From Eledone cirrhosa (Eukaryota): DNA of 64,000 nt. The notes beneath the pieces are model-generated. The model searched no databases, was not told the DNA's origin, and saw only the letters and a program-made list of their open reading frames with translations. Positions 1 through 14,879 of the stretch are shown in pieces. The translations under genes were made by a program, and so were the position numbers. Within the stretch, counting starts at the first letter, position 1; each line of letters opens with the position of its first letter. The stretch is from assembly GCA_964016885.1 (NCBI GenBank), contig OZ024755.1, forward strand, positions 34,720,001-34,784,000. Reading direction: 5' to 3'.

Positions 1-280
1 AACAGGTATATATACTTATGTATATATATATATATATATATGTATATCCCTCTCTCTCTCTATATATATATATATAGTTTCCAGTAACCATCATGTTTCT
101 GAAAACTGGTCAAGTTACACACACAATATATGATTAAAGTATTAATAAATTATTAAGCTATGTCTGATCAAAAGATGCCATAAGGTGCTTCTGTTATTTC
201 TTTTTCTCTTTGTATCTATATATATTGTGTTCAGTCTATTTAAGTGCAAATATCCACACACAACGATCAATATATATATA

Positions 281-341
<61 letters not shown>

Positions 342-344
<3 letters not shown>

Positions 345-746
345 GGAGGTGAGTTTTATTGTAGTACAATAAAGCAATGCAGATATCGGATAAGAAGCAC
401 TCTACAGTTTGTAGGACTGGAGTATGCATAATATAAGATCAAAAGATGGTTAAAGGAGTTCCATGTATTTTATTATGCGCATTTCAAAAACAAATATCAT
501 CATGCAATAATATTTGTGTTTTCATCAGATAAAACAGGAGAACATGATATGAAGGCTAAAAAACACTTGTGGATAGTGCAGTTGATTTAAAACTGCACTA
601 TCCACAAGCGTTTTTTAGCCTTCATATCATGTTCTCCTGTTTTATCTGATGAAAACACAAATATTATTGCATGATGATGTTTGTTTTTGAAATGCGCATA
701 ATAAAATACATGGAACTCCTTTAACCATCTTTTGATCTTATATTAT
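342..746. mobile_element. Penelope-like (PLE) end fragment: 156-bp inverted arms (428-583 / 591-746) plus one-sided tail (342-427), in (TA)n
   Basis: Arms are near-perfect reverse complements around a 7-nt loop; each holds an HHR; second copy at 14051-14423. Confidence 0.8.
640..706 (+). ncRNA. Type I hammerhead ribozyme (mirror copy 468-534, minus)
   Basis: ttttat-CTGATGA-[stem II aaacacaaatattatt..gatgatgtttgttttt]-GAAA-tgcgca-TA-ataaaa; palindromic minimal stem III, AUA site. Confidence 0.85.
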
Positions 747-948
747 ATATATATATATATATATGTGTGTATATATATATAAGTAGAGATAGTTTTTTAT
801 GTATGTATGTATGTATCTATCTATATATATTAGTAGAGATACTTTTTTTTATGTATGTATGTATGTATGTATCTATATATATATATAATAATAATAATAA
901 ATTTGAAGTCTAAAATCCAAAGAGGGCTCGATAAGGATAAATATGGTT

Positions 949-999
949 AGTTTCAGAAGATCCCGTTAAGGGTGAAAGTAGCGATTCTTTGCTTAAACT
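949..999 (+). ncRNA. Type I HHR with one core substitution
   Basis: agttt-CAGAAGA-tcccgttaagggt-GAAA-gtagcgattctttgc-TT-aaact; same family as palindrome 63405-63524. Confidence 0.6.
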
Positions 1000-1010
1000 T
1001 TAATCTGTTA

Positions 1011-1061
<51 letters not shown>

Positions 1062-1759
1062 CAACACTGTCAATATCATCATTATCATTTAATATCTGGT
1101 ATATATACAAGGTGTCCCCTAATAAATATTGCCTGTACAGGTAATCAAAGTGTGTATACATTTCTTATGTGTATATAAATATATATATGACCTCTGGCAT
1201 CGCGCACTAATACAGAAGACCCGACATCCCACGGAAATAAGCTGAAGCATATAGACACCAAAGTGGTTGTGGAGGTTTCATGACAAAAACGCACCCAGCA
1301 CTTACTGTAAAGTGGTCATGTAGGTGTCACGGACAAAAAAGCACCCAGCACTCACTGTAAATGAGGTTGGTGTTAGGAAGAGCATCCAGCTGTAGAAATC
1401 AAGCCAGAATCAGTTCCCGTCCCACCCTTGCAAGCAGGGAAAAGCGGATATAAAATGATGATGATGATGATGCAATATATATATATATATATATATATAT
1501 AGGAAAATGTTTAACCCAAACGTCTGAGCTCAAGCCGTTTCATTGTTATATTTGAGGAGGGTCATATTGTTATAATATTGCCAGAAATAATAATAGAACA
1601 CACTCAGTGTTTGGTTGTGATTGGCTTTCGCTTCTGTATCTTTTATATGTTCATAGTTAATTTATCTGACAATCAATGTTTATCATTGATTGACCATCAG
1701 TTAAAAATACAGATATAAATATATATATATAAATATATATAGTCCATCAATATATGTAT

Positions 1760-1813
1760 ATAGTCTATCAAAGTTCTTTCATCACACATCTGCGACATCA
1801 TCAGTGGTACTAT
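1760..1813 (-). ncRNA. Type I HHR in PLE pLTR
   Basis: Minus strand: atagtacca-CTGATGA-tgtcgcagatgtgtgat-GAAA-gaac-TT-tgatagactat. Confidence 0.7.
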
Positions 1814-2059
1814 TATGTTTCCTCCCATTGTATTGTAATGCCTACGCCATTTTTATTTAATTTATTTATTTATTTCTCCTTGTCTCTATCTCTGTTTGCG
1901 CACGTATTTGCATGTGTGTATAGTGTTTGGGTGTATGTTTTTATTTTTGTATTCTATCTTTGTTCAGTAGTGTGTGTTTATAGGTGTTTGTTGTTATTGT
2001 ACTTGTGTATATATTTATTTATTTATTTATATTTCCCTTAAGTCCGTATTGTTTGTTTG

Positions 2060-2435
2060 GATATGGTTGTTGTTGTTATTCCATTTGTTCTTTCTGTTTA
2101 ACTTTGGTTTTCTTAGTTCTATCTCAGTTGCTTCTCTGATTTGCCTACCTGTTGAGTCATTTCTATGCTTAGATATTATTTTAATTTCTATGTTGTCTAT
2201 ATTACCGTCATGTCTTTGTCTGGTGTGTTCATATAGTACTGAGTTATTTATCTTTGTCCTTTTAGTTCTCCCCAGTGTTGGTCTATTCTTTCTCCTATGC
2301 TTTGGGCTGTCTCACCTATGTATGCCGTTGTCATGTTTCTGCAAGTACCCTCTGTACATCTTATGCTATAGACTAGATTTCTAGTTTTACAGTTTATCTG
2401 CGGGTTTACTTTACATATAACACATTTCTTATTTG
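2060..2435 (-). pseudogene. GIY-YIG endonuclease domain of a PLE, frameshifted
   Basis: KCVICK..INCKTRNLVYSIRC..AYIGETAQSIGERIDQH, then after a frameshift near 2250 SVLYEH..H..IKII..RQIREATEI..PKLNRKNKW. Confidence 0.85.
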
Positions 2436-2535
2436 TATGGTGAACTAACTGTTGTGGAACTACTTCTATCAAACTCGTCCCATGGACTGAGAGCTCTATT
2501 ACTACGGATATAACCCTCCAATGATCTACTATTAT

Positions 2536-2571
<36 letters not shown>

Positions 2572-2676
2572 TAGAGAGAGCAGGAGAGAGAGTGTGTGTG
2601 GGGGGCGGGGGGAGGTGAGAGAGATAACCATTCTTAAGGAGAATGAATGATGTTTATATACATACATATATCTAAA

Positions 2677-2866
2677 TAATTGTTTCTACTTTAGGCACAA
2701 GGCCAGCAATTATCCCAGTGCATTACTGGTACTTTATTTTATCGACCCCGTAAGGATGAAAGGCAAAGTCAACCTCGGCGGGATTTGAACTCAGACCGCA
2801 AAGGGACGTAACTATGCTGGAAAGCATGGCGTCCGACCCTCTACCGATACTGCCAATCCACCGCCC
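2677..2866 (-). mobile_element. tRNA-derived SINE family A (~185 bp)
   Basis: A-box-like tggcagtatcgg, B-box gagttcaaatcc, body gcctttcatccttacggggtcgataaaataaagtaccag; many copies in window. Confidence 0.85.
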
Positions 2867-3395
2867 ACTGCCAATCCACATATATCTAAATGATGATGAT
2901 TATGTATGTATCTATGTATGTAAGTATGTATGTAAGTAATATCTATGTATGTATGTATTATGGATATAAGTATGTATGTATTATGGGTGTATGTAAGTAT
3001 GTATGTATGTATGTAAGTAAGTATATATCTATGTATGTAAGTATATATCTATGTATGTATATATATATAAGTATGTATGTATAATATATAAGTAAGTATG
3101 TATAAATATATATATATATATCTAAGTATGTAAGTATGTATAATATATATATATCTAAGTATGTATAATATATATGTATATCTAAGTATGTATATATATC
3201 TAAGTATGTAAGTATGTATAAATATATATATATCTAAGTATGTAAGTATGTATAATATATATATATATATATATCTAAGTATGTAAGTATGTGTATATAT
3301 ATATATTGGTCCTTTTATATATATATATACATATACTTACAAACTTAGATATATATAGATATATATATTATACATACTTAGATATATACATATTT

Positions 3396-3466
<71 letters not shown>

Positions 3467-4378
3467 TATGTAAGTATGTATAATATATATACCCCCACAT
3501 ATCCTGTAATGCTTTTGTAACATGTTTTGTATTGATTGACTGATCCCTTGTGGTAAACAAAGAGATGAGAAATAGTAGTGTAATGGACTAAAAACTGTAA
3601 AGTATTTAATTATATTCTTTTATGTTCCTGAGTTCAAATCCCAGTGGATTAAACAGTACAAGTCGCATAATAAGATTGATTTAATTGATTAGAGACCAAC
3701 CTAATAAATTTGTTCCCTTGTGCTAATATAGGAATATATTATTGTTATTTGGATAACAGACTCGGTAGAGTGTCAGAGAAAATACCATGTGGCTTTAATT
3801 ATTTCTTATTATGTTTTGGAGTTCAAATATTGTAATGATCAATTTCCCTGTATATCCTTCTGGGGTAGTTATTATCTATCCCCAAGTCAATTCTGATTGA
3901 GTAAACTAGTGATCCAAGAATTTCAGTTCATCACTATCCCATCTTTTTAACCCTCTACCATTTACATTACTCTATATATACTATTGTATTTTCACAGTAA
4001 AGGCTTTATTTCACATAATTATCTCACACAATTATCTCACATAATATCGAATCTATGAGATTTTGATATTATTTATTTTGAGAACAATACCTTAATATCA
4101 ATATGAGCAGCCAGTTATGGCCAGTTTGAAGAGAAAGCGGTGAGAGAATTCTGGCTGGATATGACTGGTTTAAATGCTAAAGTGTTAATATCCTGTACCA
4201 CATGAAATATTAGCAAAACATTCTTTAAAAATATATAATGACTATGACTACATCACATTAGAAATTAATGGTTTTAGTTTAGTACAAGTTTCACTAAAAT
4301 ATGCATTAGTAAAGATACTATGAAATATACCTGTATTAGTAAAGATATTTGTGTATATTTAGAATGAGAATATCTCCC

Positions 4379-4587
4379 TTAACCCTTTACATTACTCTAT
4401 ATTTACGATTGTATTTTTGTGGTAAAGGAATTATCTCACATAATATCGAATCTATGAGATTTTGATATTATTTATTTTGAGAACAATACTTTAACATCAG
4501 TATAAGTGACTGGTTACAGCCGGTATGAACAGAAAGAGGTGAGAGAATTCTGGCTGGATATGGCCAGTTTAAATCCTAAAGGGTTAA
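4379..4587. mobile_element. piggyBac-type MITE
   Basis: ttaaCCCTTTA...TAAAGGGttaa termini with TTAA; related copies ~3947-4188, 28632-28820 and 35012-35427. Confidence 0.7.
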
Positions 4588-6360
4588 GCAACATTGAGCC
4601 TAGTTAGTACTTAGATGGGTGACTGGTTGGGAAACCTAGTTGCAGTTTCTAATGGCAGAACTCCAGCATGGCCTCAGACTGTCAGGTGGAATAGGTAATA
4701 GGATAATAAAAACCCTTGGTAGTAGGGAGAATGGATACTAAATGGTGATAATGTTTGAAACATCAGCTTACTAATGATTTGGTTCGTTATTTCATTAAAT
4801 TTTTAAAATTTTAGAAATTAATTAGTACACAGTGTATTTTTTAAGGCACATGGCTGAGTGGTTAGAGAATTGGATTCACAATCATGAGGTTGTGAGTTTG
4901 ATTCCTGGGCTGGGTGATGTGTAATATCCTTAAGCAAGACACTTTATTTCACGTTACTCTTTCTATCTGGAGTTGTGACCCATAGAGAGTATTAGCAATT
5001 AGAAAGACCAATGGAAACATTGTTTCCTCGGTCCAATTTGACGAAAGTCAATTGATGTCAATAGTGTATTTTATTAGATATATGGTAACAAAGGTTAATT
5101 GAATAAATATTGGGATACTGTTTTCTTATATTGGAACAAGTTCACAATTCTGTAAGAAGGATTGTTAACTAAATTTATTGACTGGAAAGAATGGTGAATT
5201 AGTAGAGGTGTTAGAGTGTCGGGTCACTCTTGAGTGCTACTGGTAGCATGTAACCCAGTACAACCTGTCGCATGGTCGGGTCGTTGTTGACTAAACCGGT
5301 AACCCCACCAAGTTTACTTGGTGAGGTGGGTGATTTTGGACACCATGCAGTACAAAAAACAAAACCTGACAAAGGGTGGAAGAACTCATAAGAGTCAACG
5401 GCCATCTAAAAAGAAAAAAAATCCTGCCAAATCAATGGGTGGCAGTGGTTCCAGCTACACACATCAAAAGACTGGTGTAGTGGTTCTGAGAACAATGTGG
5501 CTTTGCAGATGATCAATGCAAATTGACAATGGAAAGGCGCTCCTGCTTGAGTTAGAAGAGAACTATTGACCTTCAGGAGAAGCAGCGACCCCTGATTGCA
5601 TTCAGCAACTGAAACAAACAACATTGAGTGTCTGACAAATGTTTAGCAGTATTTCGTCCAGGTCTTTTCTTTTTGATTTCAAATCACTCTGAGGTCAAAT
5701 TTGCCTTACACCCATCTGAGGTCGATAAAATAAAGTACCAGTTAGATACTGGCGTTGATATAATTAACTTTCCGCCCCACACCAAATGTGGTGGGATTGT
5801 GCCAGAATTGGAAATCATTATATAACAGTTAATAAAGGGCAATGGATTGGCAGAATTGGTAGAGTGTTGGACATTATGCTTTGCAGCATAGAGTCATGGC
5901 CCTTTGTGTTCTGAGTTCAAATTCTGTTGAGGTTAGCTTTGCCTTTCATCCTTACAGAGTTGATAAAATACGTACCAGTAACACACTGGGGTTGATTTAA
6001 TCAACTTTCCCCACCCCAAAAATTGTTGGCCTTGTGTCTAAATCAGAAACCATTCGGTAGAGTTTTGGATAACATGCTTTGTGGCATTGAGTTATGGCCC
6101 TTAATATTCTGAGTTCAAATCCTACCGAGGTTAGCTTTGCCTTTCATCCTTACGGGGTCAATAAAAGTACCAGTAGTGAACTGGGGTCGATTAAATTGAC
6201 CTTCTGCTCCTGCCAAAAATCTAAAGTCTGTCTTAAGCCAGAAGGCTCGTTAGACCAGTGCTTATCCTGGTTCCATGGTATGAAGTGACCGAGAGTTCAA
6301 AACAGAATGTTAGTCCATCGGAGGGTTAAACCCCCAGCTATTGCTGGTACTCATTTTCAG

Positions 6361-6885
6361 CTGAGTATACTGGAGCAACATGTAATGAAGTGTTTTGTTC
6401 AAGAACACAATACACAACTCAGCCCAGGAATCAAACCCACAACATTATGATCGTAAGTCCAACACCCTTACCACTAGGCCACACACCTCCACTGAGTATA
6501 CTGGAGCAATGTGAAATGAAGTGTTTTTCTCAAGAACACGACACACAACCAAGCCCTGGAATCAAACCCACAACATTATGATCGTAAGTCCAACACCCTT
6601 ACCACTAGGCCACACACCTCCACTGAGTATACTGGAGCAATGTGAAATGAAGTGTTTTGTTCAAGAACACAATACACACCCCAGCCCAGGAACTAAATCC
6701 ACGACATTATGATTGTAAGTCCAACACCCTTACCACTAGGCCACACACTTCCACTGAGTATACTGGAGCAACATGAAATGAAGTGTTTTGTTCAAGAACA
6801 CAATACACACCCCAGCCCAGGAACTAAATCTACGACATTATGATTGTAAGTCCAACACCCTTACCACTAGGCCACACACTTCCAC
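6361..6885 (-). repeat. Tandem amplification (4 x ~131 bp) of a SINE-B-type tRNA head
   Basis: Repeated ctgagtatactggagcaa...ccactaggccacacac units; similar duplication at 45290-45530. Confidence 0.8.
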
Positions 6886-7220
6886 TAAAACAGAAACCAT
6901 TATAGAACCGGCTGGAAAATAAAAATTTGGGTAGAATTTGAACACAAAACATGGAGAAATGAAATGAAATACAACTAAATCTAGGTTCTACCTCTTTCAA
7001 TATTCAAAAGAAAAGAAATACAGCAATAAATATATTGAATGAATAAAATGTTCAAAAGTCTTCTTGTAGCCAGTTAAAAAAACTTTTGAAGCAGGGAGGT
7101 CAAAGAATAGAACTATAAATCCTGATTTAAAGTATAGTATAGTCTGCCATAGTATAGTCTGCCTGGGGACTGAAGTTTCACATAGATTTCTCTGCAGGTC
7201 ACATTAGAAACAGCAGACAA

Positions 7221-8712
7221 CACTACCACAACCACTACAACCATTACCACTACCACTACCTCAACAGCCACCATTACCACTACCATCACCTCAACCACCA
7301 CTACCACCACCACTACCATTACCATCACCTCAACCACCACCACTACCATTACCACTACCATCACCTCAACCACCACTACCACCACCACTACCATTACCAT
7401 CACATCAACCACCACCACTACCATTACCACTACCATCACCACAACCTCAACCACAACCACCAACACCACCACCACCACAACCAACCACCACTACCAACTC
7501 CAATACCACCACCACTACCATCACCAAAACCACCACCAACACCACCAACACCACCAACACCACAACCTCGACCAACACCCACCACTAACATCACCTCAAC
7601 CACCACTACCATCACCACATCCACAACCACAACCACTACCATTACCACCACCACTACCATTACCACCACCACCACCATTACCATCACCATCACCACAACA
7701 GCCACCACTACCACTACCAATCACCTCAACCACCACCACCACCACTACCATCACCACAACCACCACCACCACTACAACCACCACAACCTCAACAACCACC
7801 ACCACTACCACCATCACAACCTCACCCACAACAACCATCACCAACTCCAACACCACCACCACAACAACCACTACCTTCACCACAACCAACCACTACTACC
7901 ACCACAACAATCACTACTACCACCACTACCACAACCATCCCCACCACAACAACCATCACCAACTCCACACCACCACCACTACCACCATCACAACAACCAT
8001 CACCAACTCCAACACCACCACCACAACAACCACTACCACCACCACAACCAACCACTACTACCACCACAACAATCACTACCACCACCACCACCGTCACCGC
8101 CACAACAACCATCACCAACTCCAACACCACCACCACTACAACCACTACCATCACCACAACCAACCACTACCACCACCACCACTACCACAACCATCACCAC
8201 CACAACAACCATCACCAACTCCAACACCACTACAACCACAACAATCACCACCACAACCAACCACAACCACCACCACAACAACCACAACCACCACCACAAC
8301 CACTACCACCACCACAACAACCACCACCACCACAACAATCACCACCACCACAACAACCACCACCACCACCACAATCACCACCACCACAACAACCACCACC
8401 ACCACAACCACTACCACCACCACAACAACCACCACCACCACAACAATCACCACCACCACAACAACCACCACCACCACCACAATCACCACCACCACAACAA
8501 TCACCACAACAACCACTACCACCACCACAACAACCACCACCACCACAACAATCACCACCACCACAACAACAATCACCACTACCACCACAACAACCACCAC
8601 CACCACAACAATCACCACCACCACAACAACCACTACCACCACAACAATCACCACCACTACAACAACCACTACCACTAGAGCCACTACCATCACCACAACC
8701 TCAACAACAACA
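7221..8712. repeat. Degenerate (ACC/ACA)n trinucleotide array
   Basis: Sequence composition. Confidence 0.95.
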
Positions 8713-9123
8713 AAAGAATGAAAATGAAAATAAAAACTGTAAATTAATCTGAGACAAAATAATAAATGTAGAAGCTATAATAACTATTCTGTTTTGTTTC
8801 TGTTAAATTATACGAACAAAAATGACAAAAAAACTAACAAAACTGAAAGTATGTTGTATATTTTTTATCCCCTTCTAAAATCCATTTTCATGTTGTTGAT
8901 ATTATACTTATTGGTGTGGTTTTACTTGTTTTTGCTATTTTATCCTCAAATTAAAGGATTTTTAAAGCTAAGCTTAAACTTTATTTTTTCAAATTTTTTC
9001 TCCCAAATATTCTTCAGAAAATATTCTAATGATGGCGTTGTTGTTATGGTTTTGTTGCTGTTGTTGCTGTTGTTGTTGTTGTTATAGCATGCTTCACAAA
9101 GTAAACTCATATATACTTGTGCC

Positions 9124-9125
<2 letters not shown>

Positions 9126-9193
<68 letters not shown>

Positions 9194-9211
9194 CATATGT
9201 GTATATGTGTG

Positions 9212-9261
<50 letters not shown>

Positions 9262-9525
9262 TATATATATATATTTATATGTATATGTATATATATATTT
9301 GTACATATATATATACATATTAGGTACACATACTTGAATAGTCAAGTATATGAAAACTAATATTTATACACAATTACTGATAGATATACATACATGTGTA
9401 TAGACAGGTATATATCTCTCTCTATATATATACATCTATGTATAAATATACGCATGCATATATATATATATATATACATATAAATATACACATAAATATA
9501 CACATAAATATACACATGCATATAT

Positions 9526-9585
<60 letters not shown>

Positions 9586-11223
9586 GCACACATATACATA
9601 CATAGATAGATGCATATGTATGTACTTACATACATCATACATACGTACATATATATGTAAGTACATACATATGTACATATATATGTACATATGTAGATAT
9701 GTGTATATGTATGTGCATACATACACACACACACATACATACATACATATACATGTATGTACATACATACACACATACATACATATGTATGTACATACAC
9801 ATACATATACATGTATGTACATACATACACACATACACACATACATATATATGTAGATACATACATATGCACATTCATACATACATATACATGTATGTAC
9901 ATACATACATACACACATACATACATATGTATGTATGTACATACATACATATAAACATATCTACATACATATATATGTACGTATGTAGTTATGTATATAT
10001 GCAAGTAGGTACATAGATACATGCATACATACACATATACATACATGCATATATATACACACGCATACACACATACATACACATATACACACACACATAC
10101 ACACATACATACACACATATATACATACACACATACATACATATATACACACACACATACATACATAAATACACACATATACACACACACATACATACAT
10201 ATATACATATACACACACACATACATACATACATACATATATACACATACATACATACATACATATATACACATACATACATATATACACATATACATAC
10301 ACACATACATGCATACATACACACATATATACACACACACACATACATACGTACATACACACATATATACACACACACACACACATACATACACACATAT
10401 ACACACACATACACACACACACATACATACATACACATATATACACACACACATACATACATACATACATATACACATATATACACACACACACACACAT
10501 ACATATATATATACACATATACATACACACATACATGGATAGATGTAGAGACAGAGAATCTAGCGATGTGTAAATGCAATTATAATATTGCAGCAAACAT
10601 TAAGTATTATTATTGATAATTGTACTATCAAAGTACACAAGATGCTCTTCCAGTCAGAGAGGCTCCAACTTCCTACATATATATGTGTGTGTATATATAT
10701 ATATATATATACACACATACATGTACACACATATACATGCACACACAAACCCACATATACACACATACATTAGATATACATACATATATATATACATACA
10801 TACATATACACACATACATGTACACACATATACATGCACACACAAACCCACATATACACACATACATTAGATATACATACATATATATAGATATACATAC
10901 ATACATATACACACATACATGTACACACATACATGCACACACAAAACCACATATACACACATACATTAGATATACATACATATATATAGATATACATACA
11001 TACATACATATAAATATACATATATATATGTACATACATACATATATATGTATGTATGTACATATATATGTACACATATACATATGTATATACATACATA
11101 TATCTGTACATACATATGTATGTACATATATACATACATATATACGTACATATATATGTACATAAATACATACATATATATGTACATAAATACATATATA
11201 TATGTACATATATACATATATAC

Positions 11224-11272
<49 letters not shown>

Positions 11273-11452
11273 GATACATATATATATACATAAATACATA
11301 TATATGTACATATATACATATATATGTACATATATACATACATATGTACATATATATGTACATATATATATACATATATACATACATATACATACATGTA
11401 TACATACATATATATTTACATATATATGTACATAAATACATATATATATGTA

Positions 11453-11483
<31 letters not shown>

Positions 11484-11666
11484 AAATATATATATATACA
11501 TATATACATATATACGTACATATATATATATATACGTACATATATATATATATACGTACATATATATATATATATATATACATAAATATATATATATATA
11601 CATAAATACATATATATGTACATATATACATAAATACATATATATGTACATATATACATATATATG

Positions 11667-11698
<32 letters not shown>

Positions 11699-11821
11699 TA
11701 AATACATATATATGTACATATATACATATATATGTACATATATACATATATATGTACATATATATATATACATATATACATATATATATATATATACATA
11801 TATACATACATATATACATAC

Positions 11822-11853
<32 letters not shown>

Positions 11854-12041
11854 ATATACATATATATATATACATATATACATACATATATACATACATA
11901 TATACATACATATATATATATACATATATACATATACATATATATATATACATATATATATATACATATATACATACATATATACATACATATATACATA
12001 TACATATATACATATATATATATACATATATACATACATAT

Positions 12042-12106
<65 letters not shown>

Positions 12107-12421
12107 CGTATGTGTCTCTGCACGCATGTCTCTATGAGTATATATACATGTAATTTGAAAAGAGAGTGCATAAATGTGAAGAGGAGAAATTAAAGTTTGA
12201 GGACAGAAGTTTTCAGTGAGATGATTAGTGTAGAGGTAGTATTTAATATGAGAGGCAGTAGCTTACTGTACATGACATTAAGGAAAGAGGTTGAAAAAAT
12301 AACAATAGCTAAATATTATTTAATCTTTGGCAGTCTTCATTAACTATAATGGTACTCATATATATATATATGTATGTATATATGTTATGTATATATGTGT
12401 ATGTATATATATACACACATA

Positions 12422-12481
<60 letters not shown>

Positions 12482-12514
12482 TATATATACATACACATAT
12501 ATATATATATACAT

Positions 12515-12555
<41 letters not shown>

Positions 12556-13028
12556 TATATATACACACACATATATATATACATACACATATATATATAC
12601 ATATATATATACACACACATATATATATACATACACATATATATATACATATATATATATAATATATATATATAATATATATAATATATACATATATATA
12701 TATATATAATATATATATATAATATATATAATATATACATATTATATATATATATATATATATAATATATATAATATATACATATTATATATATATATAA
12801 TATATATACATACATATTATATATATATATAATATATATACATACATATATATATATATATTATATATATATATATAATATATATACATACATATTATAT
12901 ATATATATAATATATATACATACATATTATATATATATATACATATAATATATATACATACATATATATATATATATATACATACATACATACATATATA
13001 TAATATACATATATATATATATACATAT

Positions 13029-13064
<36 letters not shown>

Positions 13065-13065
13065 C

Positions 13066-13132
<67 letters not shown>

Positions 13133-13371
13133 GCATAGAAAAATGTCACACAGAAATAATAGCCAATATTATAGACAGATATATAATAAAACAAAATAAT
13201 ACATAAATGTGTGTATATACCCCTACCACCACCATGCATATATATTTGCATTTGCAAATATATATGCATGTATATATATATATATATACAATATATATAT
13301 GTATCCGTGTGTGTGTATATAAATATATATATATATATATATATACATATTTATATAAATATATATATGTA

Positions 13372-13412
<41 letters not shown>

Positions 13413-13610
13413 TTATATAAATATATATATGTATGTGTGTGTATATATATATATATATATATACTCACACATACATATGTAAATATACATATATATATAT
13501 ATATATATATTCTTATACATACATACATACATAAATATATATACTACATACATATGCACACTTAAATATATATACTACATACATATGCATATATATATAT
13601 ATATATATAC
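9126..13610. repeat. Large compound (TA)n/(TACA)n/(CA)n microsatellite field
   Basis: Sequence composition; short unique islands only. Confidence 0.95.
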
Positions 13611-13858
13611 ATTTTTATAAAATGTATAATAATTCATGAATTATATAACAAAAATTTCAATGAATCTGTATATATTCACACATAAATATATAATTATATA
13701 CACATAAATATGGTGACATAGCAATAGGACTGAAAGCAAGTAAGTAGGTCTAAACAATAACAGATATATGTTAGAGTGAAACATCAAACTACATCTTTAT
13801 ATATTAATCTTCCTTTGTAATTTCAATTAATATATGCATATGAATGACTGTGTATACT

Positions 13859-13976
<118 letters not shown>

Positions 13977-14050
13977 GATAGTGAGACAAGCAGGGGTAGA
14001 GTTAGATATAAATGTATATATGTGTGTGGATATATATATATATATATAAT

Positions 14051-14413
14051 GTAGGAGGTGAGTTTTATTGTAGTACAATAAAGCAATGCAGATATCGGAT
14101 AAGAAGCACTCTACAGTTTGTAGGAATGGAGTATACATAATATATAAGATCAAAAGATGGTTAAATGAGTTCCATGTATTTTATTATGCGCATTTTAAAA
14201 ACAAATATCATCATGCAATAACATTTGTGTTTTCATCAGATAAAATAGGAGGACATGATATGAAGGTTAAAAAACACTTGTGGATAGTGCAGTTTTAAAT
14301 CAACATATCATTTATTTTATCTGATGAAAACACAAATGTTATTGCATGATGATATTTGTTTTTGAAATGCGCATAATAAAATACATGGAACTCATTTAAC
14401 CATCTTTTGATCT

Positions 14414-14423
<10 letters not shown>
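14051..14423. mobile_element. Second copy of the 342-746 PLE end, with a different inversion junction; intact HHR 14315-14381 (+)
   Basis: Same tail and arms; plus-strand arm shorter; minus-arm HHR has GAAA>AAAA. Confidence 0.8.
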
Positions 14424-14469
<46 letters not shown>

Positions 14470-14477
14470 ATAATAAT

Positions 14478-14666
14478 AATTGTTTCTACTTTAGGCACAA
14501 GGTCAGCAATTACCCAGTGTAGTACTGGTACTTTATTTTATTGGCCCCGTAAGGATGAAAGGCAAAGTTGAACTCGGCGGGATTTGAACTCAGAATGGAA
14601 AGGGACGTAACTCTTTGCGTCAAAGCATGGTGTCCAACCCTCTACCGATACTGCCAATCCACCGCC
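14478..14666 (-). mobile_element. SINE family A
   Basis: Similarity to 2677-2866. Confidence 0.85.
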
Positions 14667-14879
14667 TTCATCATCATCGTCATCATTTCATTTTACGTCT
14701 GCTTTTCCCTGCTTGCAAGGGTGGGACGGGAACTGATTCTGGCTTGATTTCTACAGCTAGATGCCCTTCCTAACACCAACCTCATTTACAGTGAGTGCTG
14801 GGTGCTTTTTTTCCGTGGCGCCTACACGTCCACTTTACAGTGGATAATCATGTATATCATGTATATGTATATAATCATA

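Larger units (their letters stand above)
1546..2435 (-). mobile_element. 3' part of a Penelope-like retroelement (GIY-YIG endonuclease relic, 3' UTR, HHR-bearing pLTR)
   Basis: Endonuclease motifs followed on the same strand by an HHR; pLTR part recurs at 17036-17348, 46616-46900 and 49886-50098. Confidence 0.8.

Noticed and set aside
428-746. miRNA precursor or TIR-MITE interpretation of the long hairpins
   Set aside because: Variable inversion points, one-sided tails and embedded HHRs fit Penelope-type inverted ends better
7197-8712. Mucin-like Thr-rich exon after a ctctgcag acceptor
   Set aside because: Register shifts repeatedly (e.g. acaaccaacc); consistent with a simple trinucleotide array
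9357-13565. Long ORFs rich in Y/I/V/C/M/H/T (up to 484 aa)
   Set aside because: Translations of (TA)n/(CA)n/(TACA)n microsatellites
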